A stretch of DNA of 64,000 bases, taken from NCBI GenBank assembly GCA_029776065.1, contig JARVJP010000009.1, forward strand, positions 196,514 through 260,513. Direction: 5' to 3'. Made by a program: the position numbers and the translations under genes. Below are positions 37,909 to 48,354 of the stretch, piece after piece. The stretch is from Nitrososphaeria archaeon (GTDB lineage: Archaea; Thermoproteota; Nitrososphaeria; JACIWG01). Under the pieces are notes generated by a model. It had not been told where the DNA came from and ran no database searches. It worked only from the letters and a program-made list of their open reading frames with translations. Positions within the stretch are counted from its first letter, which is position 1. Every line of letters starts with the position of its first letter.

Positions 37909-39225
37909 TTACCTAGCAAACCCTCTTAAGAATTTACCCTTAGTTCTTTTCATAACAACCTTCATGTCATTATATTGCTTTATCATCTCTTTGATCTCCT
38001 TCTCATTTACACCGGACCCAATAGCAATTCTTTTTATCCTTGATGCATTTAATAATTCTGGGTTTTGCCTCTCTTCCTTAGTCATTGATTGTATAACAAA
38101 CCTCCATTTTTCTAATCTTTCCTCAAGTTTGTCTGCATCTATTTTATCACTAAGCTCAGGCATTCCGGGTATTAATTCTAGAAGTTTCTTAATTGATCCA
38201 AACTTCTTAAGTTGCGATAACTGTTCGTAAAGGTCATCTATTGTCATTTTACCTGACATTAGTCTACGCACTCTTGATTCATCTGGTTCAATTTCTGCTT
38301 GTTTAACGCGTTCTAAGATGGCTTTTACATCTCCTAATCCTAAAAGCCTGCTAACAAAACGCTCTGGTACGAATCTTTCAATATCGTCTAACCCTTCTCC
38401 TGTACTTATGAAAAGGATTTTTGCTTGCGTTGAAGCAGCAGCTGCTATGGCTCCACCACCCTTTGCTGCTCCATCCAACTTTGTTATCACGATACCACCA
38501 ATCGGAGTTGCATCATGGAATGCTTTTGCTTGGGTAAAGCTTTGTTGGCCAATAGTTCCATCTATAACGAGAAGTACTAATTGAGGATTAATCTTAGAAT
38601 TTATTTCCTTCATTTCTTCAATTAATTCTCTTTCTTCCTTATGCCTCCCAGCGGTATCAACTATCACAATATTTTTAGTACTCTCAAAATGTTTCTTTCC
38701 CTCTATTGCTATTTTTATTGATTTTTTTTCATTTGGCATTCCAAATACATCGACTTTTCCTCTTTCACACATGGTTTTCAGTTGATCATATGCTCCTGGT
38801 CTAAATGTGTCTGCACATACGACTCCTACTTTGTATCCATCTTTTTGAAGGTATTTTCCTAGCTTTGCTGCAAATGTTGTTTTACCTGATCCTTGTATAC
38901 CAACTAAAAGGATGGTGTTACAAATATTTCTTGGAAATTCGATTTTGCTTTCAGTTCCTAGTATTTTTACAAGTTCATTATAAAGTAAGTTAATAATGTA
39001 ATCCCTCTTAGATAAACCTGCAGGAATATCACTTTTCAGGGCTTCTTTTTCAATTTTGGAGGTAACCTCTAAAACTATTTTCACATTTACGTCTGCTTGG
39101 AGCAGAGCTCTTTGGACATCTCGAATAAATTCTTTTACTGCTTTCTCATTAACTATATCGCTATAGATTAACTTTTTTATCGCATTTCTCAACCCTTCTT
39201 TTAATTGGTCTAGCAAAAATGTCAC
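37909..39225 (-). CDS. srp54: Signal recognition particle protein SRP54
   Basis: NG domain (…LLVGIQGSGKTTF…, …DTAGR…). Met-rich M-domain (…LLGLGDVKAI…LIPGMPE…). Confidence 0.85.
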   Translation of the reverse strand: MTFLLDQLKEGLRNAIKKLIYSDIVNEKAVKEFIRDVQRALLQADVNVKIVLEVTSKIEKEALKSDIPAGLSKRDYIINLLYNELVKILGTESKIEFPRNICNTILLVGIQGSGKTTFAAKLGKYLQKDGYKVGVVCADTFRPGAYDQLKTMCERGKVDVFGMPNEKKSIKIAIEGKKHFESTKNIVIVDTAGRHKEERELIEEMKEINSKINPQLVLLVIDGTIGQQSFTQAKAFHDATPIGGIVITKLDGAAKGGGAIAAAASTQAKILFISTGEGLDDIERFVPERFVSRLLGLGDVKAILERVKQAEIEPDESRVRRLMSGKMTIDDLYEQLSQLKKFGSIKKLLELIPGMPELSDKIDADKLEERLEKWRFVIQSMTKEERQNPELLNASRIKRIAIGSGVNEKEIKEMIKQYNDMKVVMKRTKGKFLRGFAR

Positions 39226-39486
39226 CTTAATTTAGAGTTAACAATTTTTTTGCTCATCGAACACTTATGGTTCTTACCTTTATAAATAGCATTGAGCATA
39301 TTAATAGCATATTTTCCTATATTTATCAACAAAAATGTCACTTCTCTTTCTATAATGGCATTTACGCAAGATTTAATTCTTTTAATTTACAGCTCTATTT
39401 ATTAATTATTATTAAATCGTTGAAGACTAATTAATTTTATATAGATATATATTTATATTCATAGATAATAGTGCGGGTGGAAGTTT

Positions 39487-39888
39487 TTGAGCAGGCCAGC
39501 TGATTTAGGGAGCCTTAAAGAAGGTTCTTACATAGTTATTGATGGAGAAGCTTGTAGAATTGTAGAATATGATAAAAGTAAACCTGGAAAACATGGCTCT
39601 GCAAAAGCACGCATAGTTGCAATTGGTGTTTTTGATGGAGTAAAAAGAAGTCTAGTTAGTCCTGTTGCTTCTATGGTTGAAGTTCCAATAATTGAAAAGA
39701 GAAGCGGACAAATAATCTCCATTTCAGGAGATGTTCTGCAGATAATGGATCTTGAGACATTCACAACATTTGAATTACCCTATCCCAAAGATGAGGAAAT
39801 ATCTAAACAGATCATCCAAGGCGCAGAAGTAGAATACTGGACTGTTTTAGGTAAAAGTAAGATAATGAGAGTTAAAGGTCGTTTATAA
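39487..39888 (+). CDS. eif5a: Translation initiation factor 5A (aIF5A)
   Basis: …KSKPGKHGSAKARI… (hypusination loop). 133 aa. Confidence 0.8.
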   Translation: MSRPADLGSLKEGSYIVIDGEACRIVEYDKSKPGKHGSAKARIVAIGVFDGVKRSLVSPVASMVEVPIIEKRSGQIISISGDVLQIMDLETFTTFELPYPKDEEISKQIIQGAEVEYWTVLGKSKIMRVKGRL

Positions 39889-40036
39889 AAGTGCCCTCAT
39901 AACTCATAATCATCTTCATATCGTAAATTCAGACGGCTCTTCCTTCAAATCATTGGGCACCATGCATTAATCAGGTCTAGTAAAGATAAGTTTTTCCATT
40001 CAACAATGTTTAATATCTCTTAAAAAATGGATAAGG

Positions 40037-40873
40037 TTGATAAGTTTGGTGCTAATAAAGAACGTTGCTATAACAGGTAATGTAGAGAAAATTAATGAAC
40101 AAAAAGTAGTAGATCATGTTGCCAATTCTTTCTTAAAAAATAAATTTAACATATCGACTATAAACCCTATTAAATTTAAGAATGTATCTTCATTAGACAT
40201 CAAAGAAATCGATCAAACCAACATAGATCTCCTTTGCATATTAGGTGGAGATGGCACAATAATAGGCACAATAAGAAGTTTATCTAAACAAATCCCTATT
40301 CTTGGAGTAAATGTGGGCTCCAAGGGCGTTCTAACAGACATCTTCCCCGATGAAATTGACTTAGCAATAGAGGCAATAAAGAAGAACATGTTCATTATCC
40401 AAGAACGCTTGATGCTAAAGGTAACTCTTAGAAATCAACTAGTAGAGCCCAGAGTGCTAAATGAAGCTTTTTTCTATCGACAATCTTTAACCAAATTACC
40501 TTTATATTTGATAGTTCAAGGATCCTTTTACATAAAGAAAAAGATGGATGGTCTAATAATTTCTACACCAACAGGTTCAACAGGACACTCTTTTTCGTTA
40601 AGTGGACCTATAGTCGACGAAACGTTACATGTTTTTCTATTAAACCCTGTTGGGTCAATTCAAAGACTACCTCCAATAATCGTCCCACCATCGCCTATGA
40701 AAATATCTTGTTCTGATAGAGCTGTTTTAATTCTTGATGGTCAAATAAAATACGACTTAAATAAAAATGAAGAGGTTTTAATAGAAGAAAGTGAGGAAAG
40801 AGCGAAACTCGTAAGGGTTCTTTCTGGGCGCCTCTCTCAAATCGAAAAATTAGGGTTTGATATCATTGGATAA
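40037..40873 (+). CDS. ppnK: NAD kinase
   Basis: …LCILGGDGTIIG… and …DGLIISTPTGSTGHSFSLSGPIV…. Confidence 0.8.
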   Translation: MISLVLIKNVAITGNVEKINEQKVVDHVANSFLKNKFNISTINPIKFKNVSSLDIKEIDQTNIDLLCILGGDGTIIGTIRSLSKQIPILGVNVGSKGVLTDIFPDEIDLAIEAIKKNMFIIQERLMLKVTLRNQLVEPRVLNEAFFYRQSLTKLPLYLIVQGSFYIKKKMDGLIISTPTGSTGHSFSLSGPIVDETLHVFLLNPVGSIQRLPPIIVPPSPMKISCSDRAVLILDGQIKYDLNKNEEVLIEESEERAKLVRVLSGRLSQIEKLGFDIIG

Positions 40874-41390
40874 AGTATATGTTTTAGACTCTTCTGCTTT
40901 TATATTTGGTTTCTCTACAAGTCCTCCATTAAAATCTTATACCACACAAGAGGTTGTTAAAGAAATATGTAAAAATGAATTTACAAAAACAAAAATTGAA
41001 ATATATGTTGCACAAGGTTCGATTGAAGTCATTTCTCCACCAGAAGATTTTCTAAAAAAAGTTTTAACTGTCACTCAAAATACTTCTGATTTAAAATATT
41101 TATCAAAAACAGATTTGTCGGTAATTGCTTTAGCGTTGTTTCTTAAAAAAACTTTAAATCAAAAAGTGGTTCTTGTCTCTGATGATTATGCTATTCAAAA
41201 TGCTGCCTCAATTTTAAAGATAGAATTCAAGTCACTTAAAGCAAAGGGAATCGAAAAGCAAATCATATGGGAAATATACTGCCCTGCATGCAAAAGAGTT
41301 TTCTTAAATGCAAGTATATTAAAATGTCCCTTTTGTGGGCACAAGCTAAAAAGAAAACCCAAAAGTAAACTGGCAATTACTAAAAAATAA
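40857..41390 (+). CDS. Nob1-like endonuclease (PIN domain + C-terminal zinc ribbon)
   Basis: PIN …VYVLDSSAFIF…. C-terminus …CPACKRVF…CPFCGHKL. Confidence 0.55.
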   Translation: MISLDKVYVLDSSAFIFGFSTSPPLKSYTTQEVVKEICKNEFTKTKIEIYVAQGSIEVISPPEDFLKKVLTVTQNTSDLKYLSKTDLSVIALALFLKKTLNQKVVLVSDDYAIQNAASILKIEFKSLKAKGIEKQIIWEIYCPACKRVFLNASILKCPFCGHKLKRKPKSKLAITKK

Positions 41391-41399
41391 TATTTAATA

Positions 41400-41861
41400 A
41401 TGGACAAGGAAATTAGATTAAGAATGTTACCTCCTGGTGTTTACGATAAAGACTCTGTAGACTTGTACAAAGAAATTTATGAGACATACAAAAAACTTGT
41501 CTATAAAGATGCAGGGACAATTTTAACTTTCATTGGGGTATCAAAGGAACTCAGTACAGTTTCTGATAAAATTGTAAAAAGCGTAACAATAGAAGCTTAT
41601 AAAGAAGAAGCAGATAAAACGATTCAAAGTATTTGCTCTGAAATAAAACATAAACACTCATTAAATTATATAAATATCGTTCATCTCCAAGGAGACTTTC
41701 TCCCCTCTGAGCCTATAGTATTTGTAATAATAGCCTCTAAGTCAAGAAAGGAAGCGTTTGAATCTATGAAAGAAGCGGTAGAACGCTACAAGAATGAACC
41801 CCCAATATTCAAGAAGGAAAACTATTCGGATGGTTCATCAAAATGGATTTCAAGCTCTTAA
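41400..41861 (+). CDS. MoaE-like (molybdopterin synthase large-subunit fold) protein
   Basis: 153 aa, MoaE-like pattern (…GTILTFIGVSKE…IVHLQGDFLPSEPIVFVIIASKSRKEAFE…). Confidence 0.45.
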   Translation: MDKEIRLRMLPPGVYDKDSVDLYKEIYETYKKLVYKDAGTILTFIGVSKELSTVSDKIVKSVTIEAYKEEADKTIQSICSEIKHKHSLNYINIVHLQGDFLPSEPIVFVIIASKSRKEAFESMKEAVERYKNEPPIFKKENYSDGSSKWISSS

Positions 41862-41865
41862 TGAA

Positions 41866-41955
41866 GGCCTCCGTCGGGATTTTCGAATGTTTATTTATCG
41901 AACCCGAGCCCGCGGCTCCACAGGCCACTGTGTCTACCACTACACCACGGAGGCC
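41866..41955 (-). tRNA. tRNA-His(GUG) with encoded G-1 and a 17-nt insertion (non-canonical intron) in the T-loop
   Basis: On the minus strand: G-1, acceptor GCCUCCG/CGGAGGC, discriminator C. D-arm GUGU/ACAC. Anticodon stem GUGGC/GCCGC with loop CUGUGGA. T-stem UCGGG/CCCGA enclosing UUCGA[UAAAUAAACAUUCGAAA]AU. Confidence 0.6.
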
Positions 41956-42007
41956 ACACACCAAAAGGAGAAAGAACGCTGTATTAAATTTAATCCTTTA
42001 ATAATTT

Positions 42008-42790
42008 CTATATGCTGTGAGACAGCATATTGAATCTTCCTCCATCAACTACTATTACCTGTCCGGTGATAAAATTTGACTCATCAGATGCTAAGAACAA
42101 TGCTACGTTTGCGATGTCTTGAGGCTCCCCAATCCTCCCTAATGCTGCTGCTCTAGCTAATTTATTATATATCTCATTTAACTCTTCTTCTGTTCTTCCT
42201 AAACTTAAAATTTCTGTTTTAATTAAACCAGGTGCAATTGCGTTAACATTTATATTGTATTGCCCAAGTTCAAAGGCAAGTCTTTTGGTCAGGATGTTTA
42301 TTGCTGCTTTTGAAGGCCCATATGCCACCTGTTCTCCAAAAACTGTCCCGATACTCGCAAGCGAAGATATATTAATTATCTTTCCATAATTCTGTTTTAT
42401 CATAAAACGTGCTGCCGCTTGAATACAATAATACGATCCGAGAAGATTTACACTAAGAACTCTCTCCCATTCTTCTGTGGTTCCATCTAATATTTTAGTA
42501 GGTTTCCAAACTATGCCTGCGTTATTAACAAGTACATCTATTCTCTTGAATTCTGCGCCTATTTTATTGACCATTTGAAATACTTCTTCCTTATTTGATA
42601 CATCAGCATGCGCTATCACCGCTTTTCCACCGTTCTTAATTATCTCGTTAATTACCCCTTCTGCTTTTTCTTTGTTTTTAGAATAATTGACGACTACCAA
42701 GCCCCCCTCCCGTCCGAAGGTCAACGCAATAGCTCTACCAATGCCTCTTGAAGCTCCGGTTACTATACAAATCTTATCTTTAAGTCTCAT
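42008..42790 (-). CDS. Short-chain dehydrogenase/reductase (FabG-like)
   Basis: …IVTGASRGIGRAIA…, …NNAG…, and the catalytic YxxxK (…AYGPSKAAIN…). Confidence 0.8.
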   Translation of the reverse strand: MRLKDKICIVTGASRGIGRAIALTFGREGGLVVVNYSKNKEKAEGVINEIIKNGGKAVIAHADVSNKEEVFQMVNKIGAEFKRIDVLVNNAGIVWKPTKILDGTTEEWERVLSVNLLGSYYCIQAAARFMIKQNYGKIINISSLASIGTVFGEQVAYGPSKAAINILTKRLAFELGQYNINVNAIAPGLIKTEILSLGRTEEELNEIYNKLARAAALGRIGEPQDIANVALFLASDESNFITGQVIVVDGGRFNMLSHSI

Positions 42791-42925
42791 GCTAATTATC
42801 TATTTTAAATCGAGATAAAAACTTGTCTTCTATTTCAATTTTATGAATTCTTTTAAGAAGAATCAACTTTAGAATTAAAGTTTATCTTAATCACATTAGA
42901 TGCGAGTGTTGTTGGGGGAGAAGAT

Positions 42926-44080
42926 TTGAACAAAATTATCATTTTTAACTCTGTTATTGGTACCTTTTATTCAATAAATAATGTTGCTATAACTCCCCTT
43001 CTATCCCTGTTTGCTTTAACATACTTAAATGCAACAAAAGAGGAACTTGGGTATATAATGAGCGCTTTCTTTATAGCTTCAGTTGTCTCAAAACTTATCA
43101 TAGGCTTCTTAATCAAACAGAGATATCTTTTTACTTTACAAGCATTTAGTTTATTATTAATGATCTTGTCACCGATACTTTACGTTTTCTCTGGCAACGT
43201 CTTAGGCTTTGCTTTAGTCAGAATTATCCACGGCTTTGGATTTGCTGTAATTTTTCTTTCTTGCTTAACAATTGCTACAATACTTATAGGAGAAAGGAAC
43301 GATTTCTCAATAAGTGTATTAATGACTTTTGCTGCCATTGGAATGACTCTAGCACCATTACTAAGTACAATATTCACCTTTTATTTTGATATATCTACTA
43401 CCTTTTTACTTATTTCTATAATAACTTGTTTAAGTCTTCCCTTCTCCCTTTACCTCACATCAAAGAAGAGTCTACTTTTTGATAAAGCCTCTAAAAAACT
43501 AAGTCTAAAAGAAATTACAAATTCTTTTTTCAAAGAGAAATGGTTTAAGTCTTCCTTCCTGGCCTACTTTGCCTACGCACTAATTTATGGGGCAATCACA
43601 ACTTATATCCCTCCCTATGCAAGACAAAGTTTTGGTTTTGCAGATTACCAAATTACAGCAATGTTCTTTGGTCTTTTTATTTTTACTATATTCACAAGAA
43701 TTATTTTGATAAAAAGAAATGAAAAAAGTTTTTTAAAACAAATTCTCCTCTCGTCCCTCATCTTTACAATATCTTTACTTGTCTTGCTCGGTATCATAAA
43801 AGATCCAATATTATTTGCTTTTACTTTTGTTCTAATAGGTATTGGTCATGGGTTCATCTACCCAATAGCTGCAATTTTAGTAAGTAACAGTTCTCCACCC
43901 GAGCACCGGCTAGAAGCAAATACCTTGTTTCTTATCTCATTCGACTTAGGAAATGTGATTGGACCAATGGTTGCATCATTAATGGTCTCGTTTATGCCAA
44001 TAAACCATGTTTTAATAGGGAGCGCAGTTCTTCCCACTATAATCTGGGTTTTAGTCGTTAAAAGTATCAACTCTATTTAG
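42926..44080 (+). CDS. MFS-family transporter
   Basis: 384 aa with about 12 hydrophobic segments and an MFS-like loop 2-3. Confidence 0.6.
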   Translation: MNKIIIFNSVIGTFYSINNVAITPLLSLFALTYLNATKEELGYIMSAFFIASVVSKLIIGFLIKQRYLFTLQAFSLLLMILSPILYVFSGNVLGFALVRIIHGFGFAVIFLSCLTIATILIGERNDFSISVLMTFAAIGMTLAPLLSTIFTFYFDISTTFLLISIITCLSLPFSLYLTSKKSLLFDKASKKLSLKEITNSFFKEKWFKSSFLAYFAYALIYGAITTYIPPYARQSFGFADYQITAMFFGLFIFTIFTRIILIKRNEKSFLKQILLSSLIFTISLLVLLGIIKDPILFAFTFVLIGIGHGFIYPIAAILVSNSSPPEHRLEANTLFLISFDLGNVIGPMVASLMVSFMPINHVLIGSAVLPTIIWVLVVKSINSI

Positions 44081-44134
44081 ATAAGAACTTTCCCATTCAA
44101 GGCCTTGTTTCTTAGGTCTTAAAGTCTAAGGGAA

Positions 44135-44209
44135 TGGGCCGACCAGGACTTGAACCTGGGACCTACGCCGTGTCAGAGCGTCGTCCTAACCAAGCTAGAC
44201 GATCGGCCC
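44135..44209 (-). tRNA. tRNA-Val(GAC)
   Basis: Minus strand: acceptor GGGCCGA/UCGGCCC. Anticodon loop CUGACAC. T-arm CCAGG-UUCAAGU-CCUGG. Confidence 0.7.
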
Positions 44210-44263
44210 AACTGCATCATAATCAAGTACAAGTAATAAAAATATTTTGTATAATATATGACT

Positions 44264-45328
44264 TTACTTAATAGCATCCTTATTCATTATGTTCTCCATT
44301 TCTTCTCCTCTTAGGAACCGTGCTAAGTCTTCAGCTATCATACAAGCCCCCCTATAGAACATATCATCTGATGGTCCTGCAAGATGTGGTGTGAAAGTAA
44401 TGTTGTCCAAGTGTAGGAATTTATTGTTTGGGTCACTATATATTGGTTCTTTTATGAAAACATCTAATGCAGCCCCGGCTATCTTGTTGTTAACTAGAGC
44501 TTCATATAAGGCATCTTCATCTATTATTTCCCCCCTAGCTGTATTTATTAAGAAGGCTGTTTTTTTCATTAAACTAATTTCCCTTTTACCAATCATTTTA
44601 GTGGTCTGTGGTGTTAATCTCATATGTATAGTTACAAAATCAGATTTACTAAGAAGATCGTCCAAACTTACTTTTTCTCCACCATACTGTCTAATTTTCT
44701 CCTCTGGAACAAATGGATCGTAAGCTAATATCTTCATACTAAAACCTATTGCCCTCTCAGCTACCTTTGTCCCTATCTTCCCAAATCCAACTATCCCTAT
44801 TGTTTTGCCTTTTAGTTCAGGAATTGATTTCCTCCACCTTTTAGAACTTTCAAGATAAGTTCCATTCCTAACTGCTTCAAAAGCTCTGGCTATATGTCTA
44901 ACTTCACATAGTATTAATCCCATTGTGAAATCAGCTACGGAGTCAGCGTTTCTACCCGGCGTATTTATCACAAGTATCTTCTTCTTATTTGCACCTTCTA
45001 CGTCAACATTCACCGGCGTAGATCTATTACACGCTACTAACTTGAGGTTTTTAGCTACCTCATAAACATCCTCTGTTACAGGAGCAAATTGTACGATTAA
45101 AACATCAAATTTTTCTGCCTTTTTGGCGATCTCTAAAGGGTTGCCAAAGAACTCTTTAACCCCCTTATAAGAAGGTCTCCCAATCCATAATGGGTCATCT
45201 TCTTCTAAGTCATAAAAGGTGAACTCGGCTTTTTTGTATTCTTCCCCCATCTTTTCTTTAAAAGCCATTTTCCATTGTTCTTTAGACAAAAATTTATCTG
45301 CGAAAACTAAGACTTTTAATGCCATCAA
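44264..45328 (-). CDS. D-isomer-specific 2-hydroxyacid dehydrogenase (D-3-phosphoglycerate dehydrogenase-like)
   Basis: NAD-binding …GKTIGIVGFGKIG…. Catalytic …HMRLT…, …INTARG…, …HLAG…. Confidence 0.75.
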   Translation of the reverse strand: MMALKVLVFADKFLSKEQWKMAFKEKMGEEYKKAEFTFYDLEEDDPLWIGRPSYKGVKEFFGNPLEIAKKAEKFDVLIVQFAPVTEDVYEVAKNLKLVACNRSTPVNVDVEGANKKKILVINTPGRNADSVADFTMGLILCEVRHIARAFEAVRNGTYLESSKRWRKSIPELKGKTIGIVGFGKIGTKVAERAIGFSMKILAYDPFVPEEKIRQYGGEKVSLDDLLSKSDFVTIHMRLTPQTTKMIGKREISLMKKTAFLINTARGEIIDEDALYEALVNNKIAGAALDVFIKEPIYSDPNNKFLHLDNITFTPHLAGPSDDMFYRGACMIAEDLARFLRGEEMENIMNKDAIK

Positions 45329-45799
45329 ACATCCCCAAGGAAGTTGGTCTAATTAATTTACTTATATTTCTTTAATTTTTTTTGAAAAGATACTCATCAT
45401 TATAAATGAATAAAACCGTAAATAGTTAAAAAGGGTCTAAACCTCATTTATAGAATAAAAATCAGTATCGTAGGTCAAAAGCTTAAGACGCTTCAAAAAA
45501 GGCGGAGCAACTTTTAATACACCACCTAACTAAAAGGGAACGTTTTTATTATAGTAAAATAAACTTCACATTTAGTAATAAAACTGGTATATGATTTGAT
45601 TGACCTCCCCATTTTTTATAAATTTTAAGTTACTATTGATGATTATAACTGTTTGGAAGAAAGTAAGGGCCAGCAACGTTCCATTAAAATTTATTTTAAA
45701 ATTGAGTAACCTTTACGCCACATGTTACGAAGGTTATAATAAAGATGTGGCTCGATCTATTACCTCAGTCTTCAACCTTTAAACTATGAGGGAAACAAT

Positions 45800-47317
45800 T
45801 TGTTTTTTTCTGAAAGACATTTTAAAGAATTAGTTGAAAAAGCAAATGATATGATGTACATTTTTGATCTTAAAGAAGGTTTTAAATACATAAACTCTGC
45901 CTCCACCAAAATAGTAGGTTACACACCAGAAGAACATTACGCAGACAAGGAACTAGGTTTTAAAATTATACATCCGGATGACGCTTCGAAACTCTTAAAG
46001 CTTGTCAAGGATTTGGTTGAAGAAAAAGAACCAGTAAGAATCGAACTCCGATGGATCCATAAGAATGGTAAAGTTATATGGACTGAACAGATCAACATAC
46101 CAGTGTTTGATAAAAATGGGAAAGTTATTGCCATTGAAGGTATAGCGAGGGATATAACAGATCGAAAAGAGTTAGAAGAAGAATTAAAGGCTAGTGATGA
46201 GCGCTTCCGCTTAGCTGCTGACGCTTCCCCCGACGCGATTATTTTTGTAGACTCCGATGGGAGAATCATTTTTTGGAACGAAGGTGCTGAGAAAATGTTT
46301 GGTTACACTGTTAACGAAGCGCTCCATGCATCCATATCTTTATTGATTTTGGAAAAGGATAAAACCCGCTTTATAAACTTATTAGTGTCATATGTAACGT
46401 CTGGGGAACAATTTCCAAATATACCTATATGGAAGGTTGCAAGAAAAAAGAATGGCCAGCTATTTCCTATTGAGGTGTCATTTTCAAGATGGCAACAAAT
46501 GGGTAAATTCTATTTAATGATAACTATTCGAGACATAACAGAACGGCAGATGATTGAAAACGGCCTTAGAAAGAGAACAGAAGAATTAACTGAAATCGTC
46601 GAGGAAAGGACTAGGGCATTAAAGGAAGCCGAACTTATTATGACAATAGGGCAAGTTACAGCTATGGTCGGACATGATCTAAGAAACCCACTTCAAGTCC
46701 TTGTTAACATGCTTTACTTAATAAGAAAGACGCTCAAAACCTCTCCTTATACAGATTTGGGAATTGAATATCAAAGGCGTCTTGAAGCATTCTTAATAAA
46801 AGCTCAGGAACAAATAGACTATATGAATAAAATCATATTAGATTTACAGGATTTCGGTAAATCTCTTGAACCAAAATTAGCAAATACAAACTTTAGACAA
46901 TTAGTAACAGAAGCTTTAGCTATGGTTAAAGTTCCAGAACATATTAAAATCTTAATCGATATCGGGGACAACTTTCCAAGTCTGATGATTGACCCATTTA
47001 TGCTCAAAAGAGCAATGGTCAATCTAATCAATAACGCTTTACAAGCAATGCCAAACGGAGGAAAGCTCATAATTAAAGCCTCATTAAATGGTGACACAGC
47101 CTTAATAGACGTCCAAGATACAGGTATAGGAATACCAGAAGAAAATATGAATAAGCTATTCACACCATTATTCACAACAAAGCCAAAAGGACAAGGGCTT
47201 GGTCTAGTTGTTTGTGAAAAGCTGATAAAAGCTAATGGAGGGTGGATATCAGTTAAAAGTAAAGTCGGCGTTGGAACAACCTTCTCAATAAGACTACCCC
47301 TAAAACATGGTTCCTAA
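45800..47317 (+). CDS. Sensor histidine kinase with tandem PAS domains
   Basis: PAS repeats. H-box …MVGHDLRNPLQV…. HATPase_c …NALQAMPNGG…DTGIGIPEE…GLGLVVCEKLI…. Probable TTG start. Confidence 0.75.
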   Translation: MFFSERHFKELVEKANDMMYIFDLKEGFKYINSASTKIVGYTPEEHYADKELGFKIIHPDDASKLLKLVKDLVEEKEPVRIELRWIHKNGKVIWTEQINIPVFDKNGKVIAIEGIARDITDRKELEEELKASDERFRLAADASPDAIIFVDSDGRIIFWNEGAEKMFGYTVNEALHASISLLILEKDKTRFINLLVSYVTSGEQFPNIPIWKVARKKNGQLFPIEVSFSRWQQMGKFYLMITIRDITERQMIENGLRKRTEELTEIVEERTRALKEAELIMTIGQVTAMVGHDLRNPLQVLVNMLYLIRKTLKTSPYTDLGIEYQRRLEAFLIKAQEQIDYMNKIILDLQDFGKSLEPKLANTNFRQLVTEALAMVKVPEHIKILIDIGDNFPSLMIDPFMLKRAMVNLINNALQAMPNGGKLIIKASLNGDTALIDVQDTGIGIPEENMNKLFTPLFTTKPKGQGLGLVVCEKLIKANGGWISVKSKVGVGTTFSIRLPLKHGS

Positions 47318-47438
47318 ATCCCCAGAAATCCTATCAATTAAAAGTACTAAGAGAGCAATTTATAATAGGATCAGTAAATTTTAAAGTACTAAATCTTAGA
47401 CATTATATCATTGTGTCGTCACTATAAAGAGATTGAAA

Positions 47439-47513
47439 TGCGACCGCCGGGATTTGAACCCGGGTCAGAAGCGTGGCAGGCTCCCGTCCTAGACCAGACT
47501 AGACTACGGTCGC
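47439..47513 (-). tRNA. tRNA-Gly(GCC)
   Basis: Minus strand: acceptor GCGACCG/CGGUCGC. Anticodon stem GGAGC/GCUUC with loop CUGCCAC. T-arm CCGGG-UUCAAAU-CCCGG. Confidence 0.7.
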
Positions 47514-48201
47514 ATCAACTTGTTTTATGTAGATGCTTGATGTACCATAAAACTGTCAGATGGCTATCTTTAAGTTTTTCTCCTTAAATTTAAAAGACGT
47601 GATAATTATGCTATCTTATCGTAACCTTGGATTAAATTTATTTTGAACTTTATTAATAGCTTGATTTTGCGTTTGCATGCAAGCTTTTTTGGCAATAAAA
47701 GGTTTATATTATAGATAAAAGAAGGAATAATTCAAGTTAGTTGGCATAAGAGAAAACCGAATATTCTAATCAAGTTTATCATTGGATTAATATTTTTCTC
47801 TATGATTTTACTTCTAAACTCTCTCACTTCTAACACCTCTTTACATCAAACTTTCGGCTTCTACGCCTCCGATTTAGGTCCCTTTGCTATGTTACCTGAT
47901 CTATTCACATTAGCTGCATTGATTGTTCTTCTATGTTTGACCTTCAAATATTAAAATAAGAATGGTAGTGCACTATGTATATTATGCCTATCTGTTTACA
48001 AATTGCTCCATTTTCCTTATGATCATACTCTTTTATAGTAAGAATATCCAAAGTTATAATCTACTATTTAACTCCTATTCGATTTCCAAAGCAACTTCTC
48101 CAAAATCTATTACTTACTAGTGCCTTCCATATGTGTTTAAACTTAATAACCGATTTAAAATAAAAGTTTTAAACTAAGCAACTATACAGCCCTTTTGTTA
48201 A

Positions 48202-48276
48202 GGGCCGGTAGTACAGGTTGGTAGTTATGCTCCCTTGGCATGGGAGAGGTCGTGGGTTCGAGTCCCACCCGGTCCA
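48202..48276 (+). tRNA. tRNA-Ala(GGC)
   Basis: Acceptor GGGCCGG/CCGGTCC with the G3:U70 wobble (Ala identity). Anticodon stem CTCCC/GGGAG with loop TTGGCAT. T-arm GTGGG-TTCGAGT-CCCAC. Confidence 0.65.
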
Positions 48277-48354
48277 CCTTTGCGATAAAGAATTCTATTT
48301 TAAAGAAATGCTCAACGAAAATGATTAAATGGATTAGAGATAATTTACATAAGA

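Noticed and set aside
41794-42033. 79-aa ORF on the plus strand
   Set aside because: Overlaps the tRNA-His gene and the GC-rich tRNA sequence creates an artefactual open frame.
45600-45782. 60-aa ORF upstream of the histidine kinase
   Set aside because: Lies in an AT-rich promoter region with no RBS and no motif. Likely non-coding.
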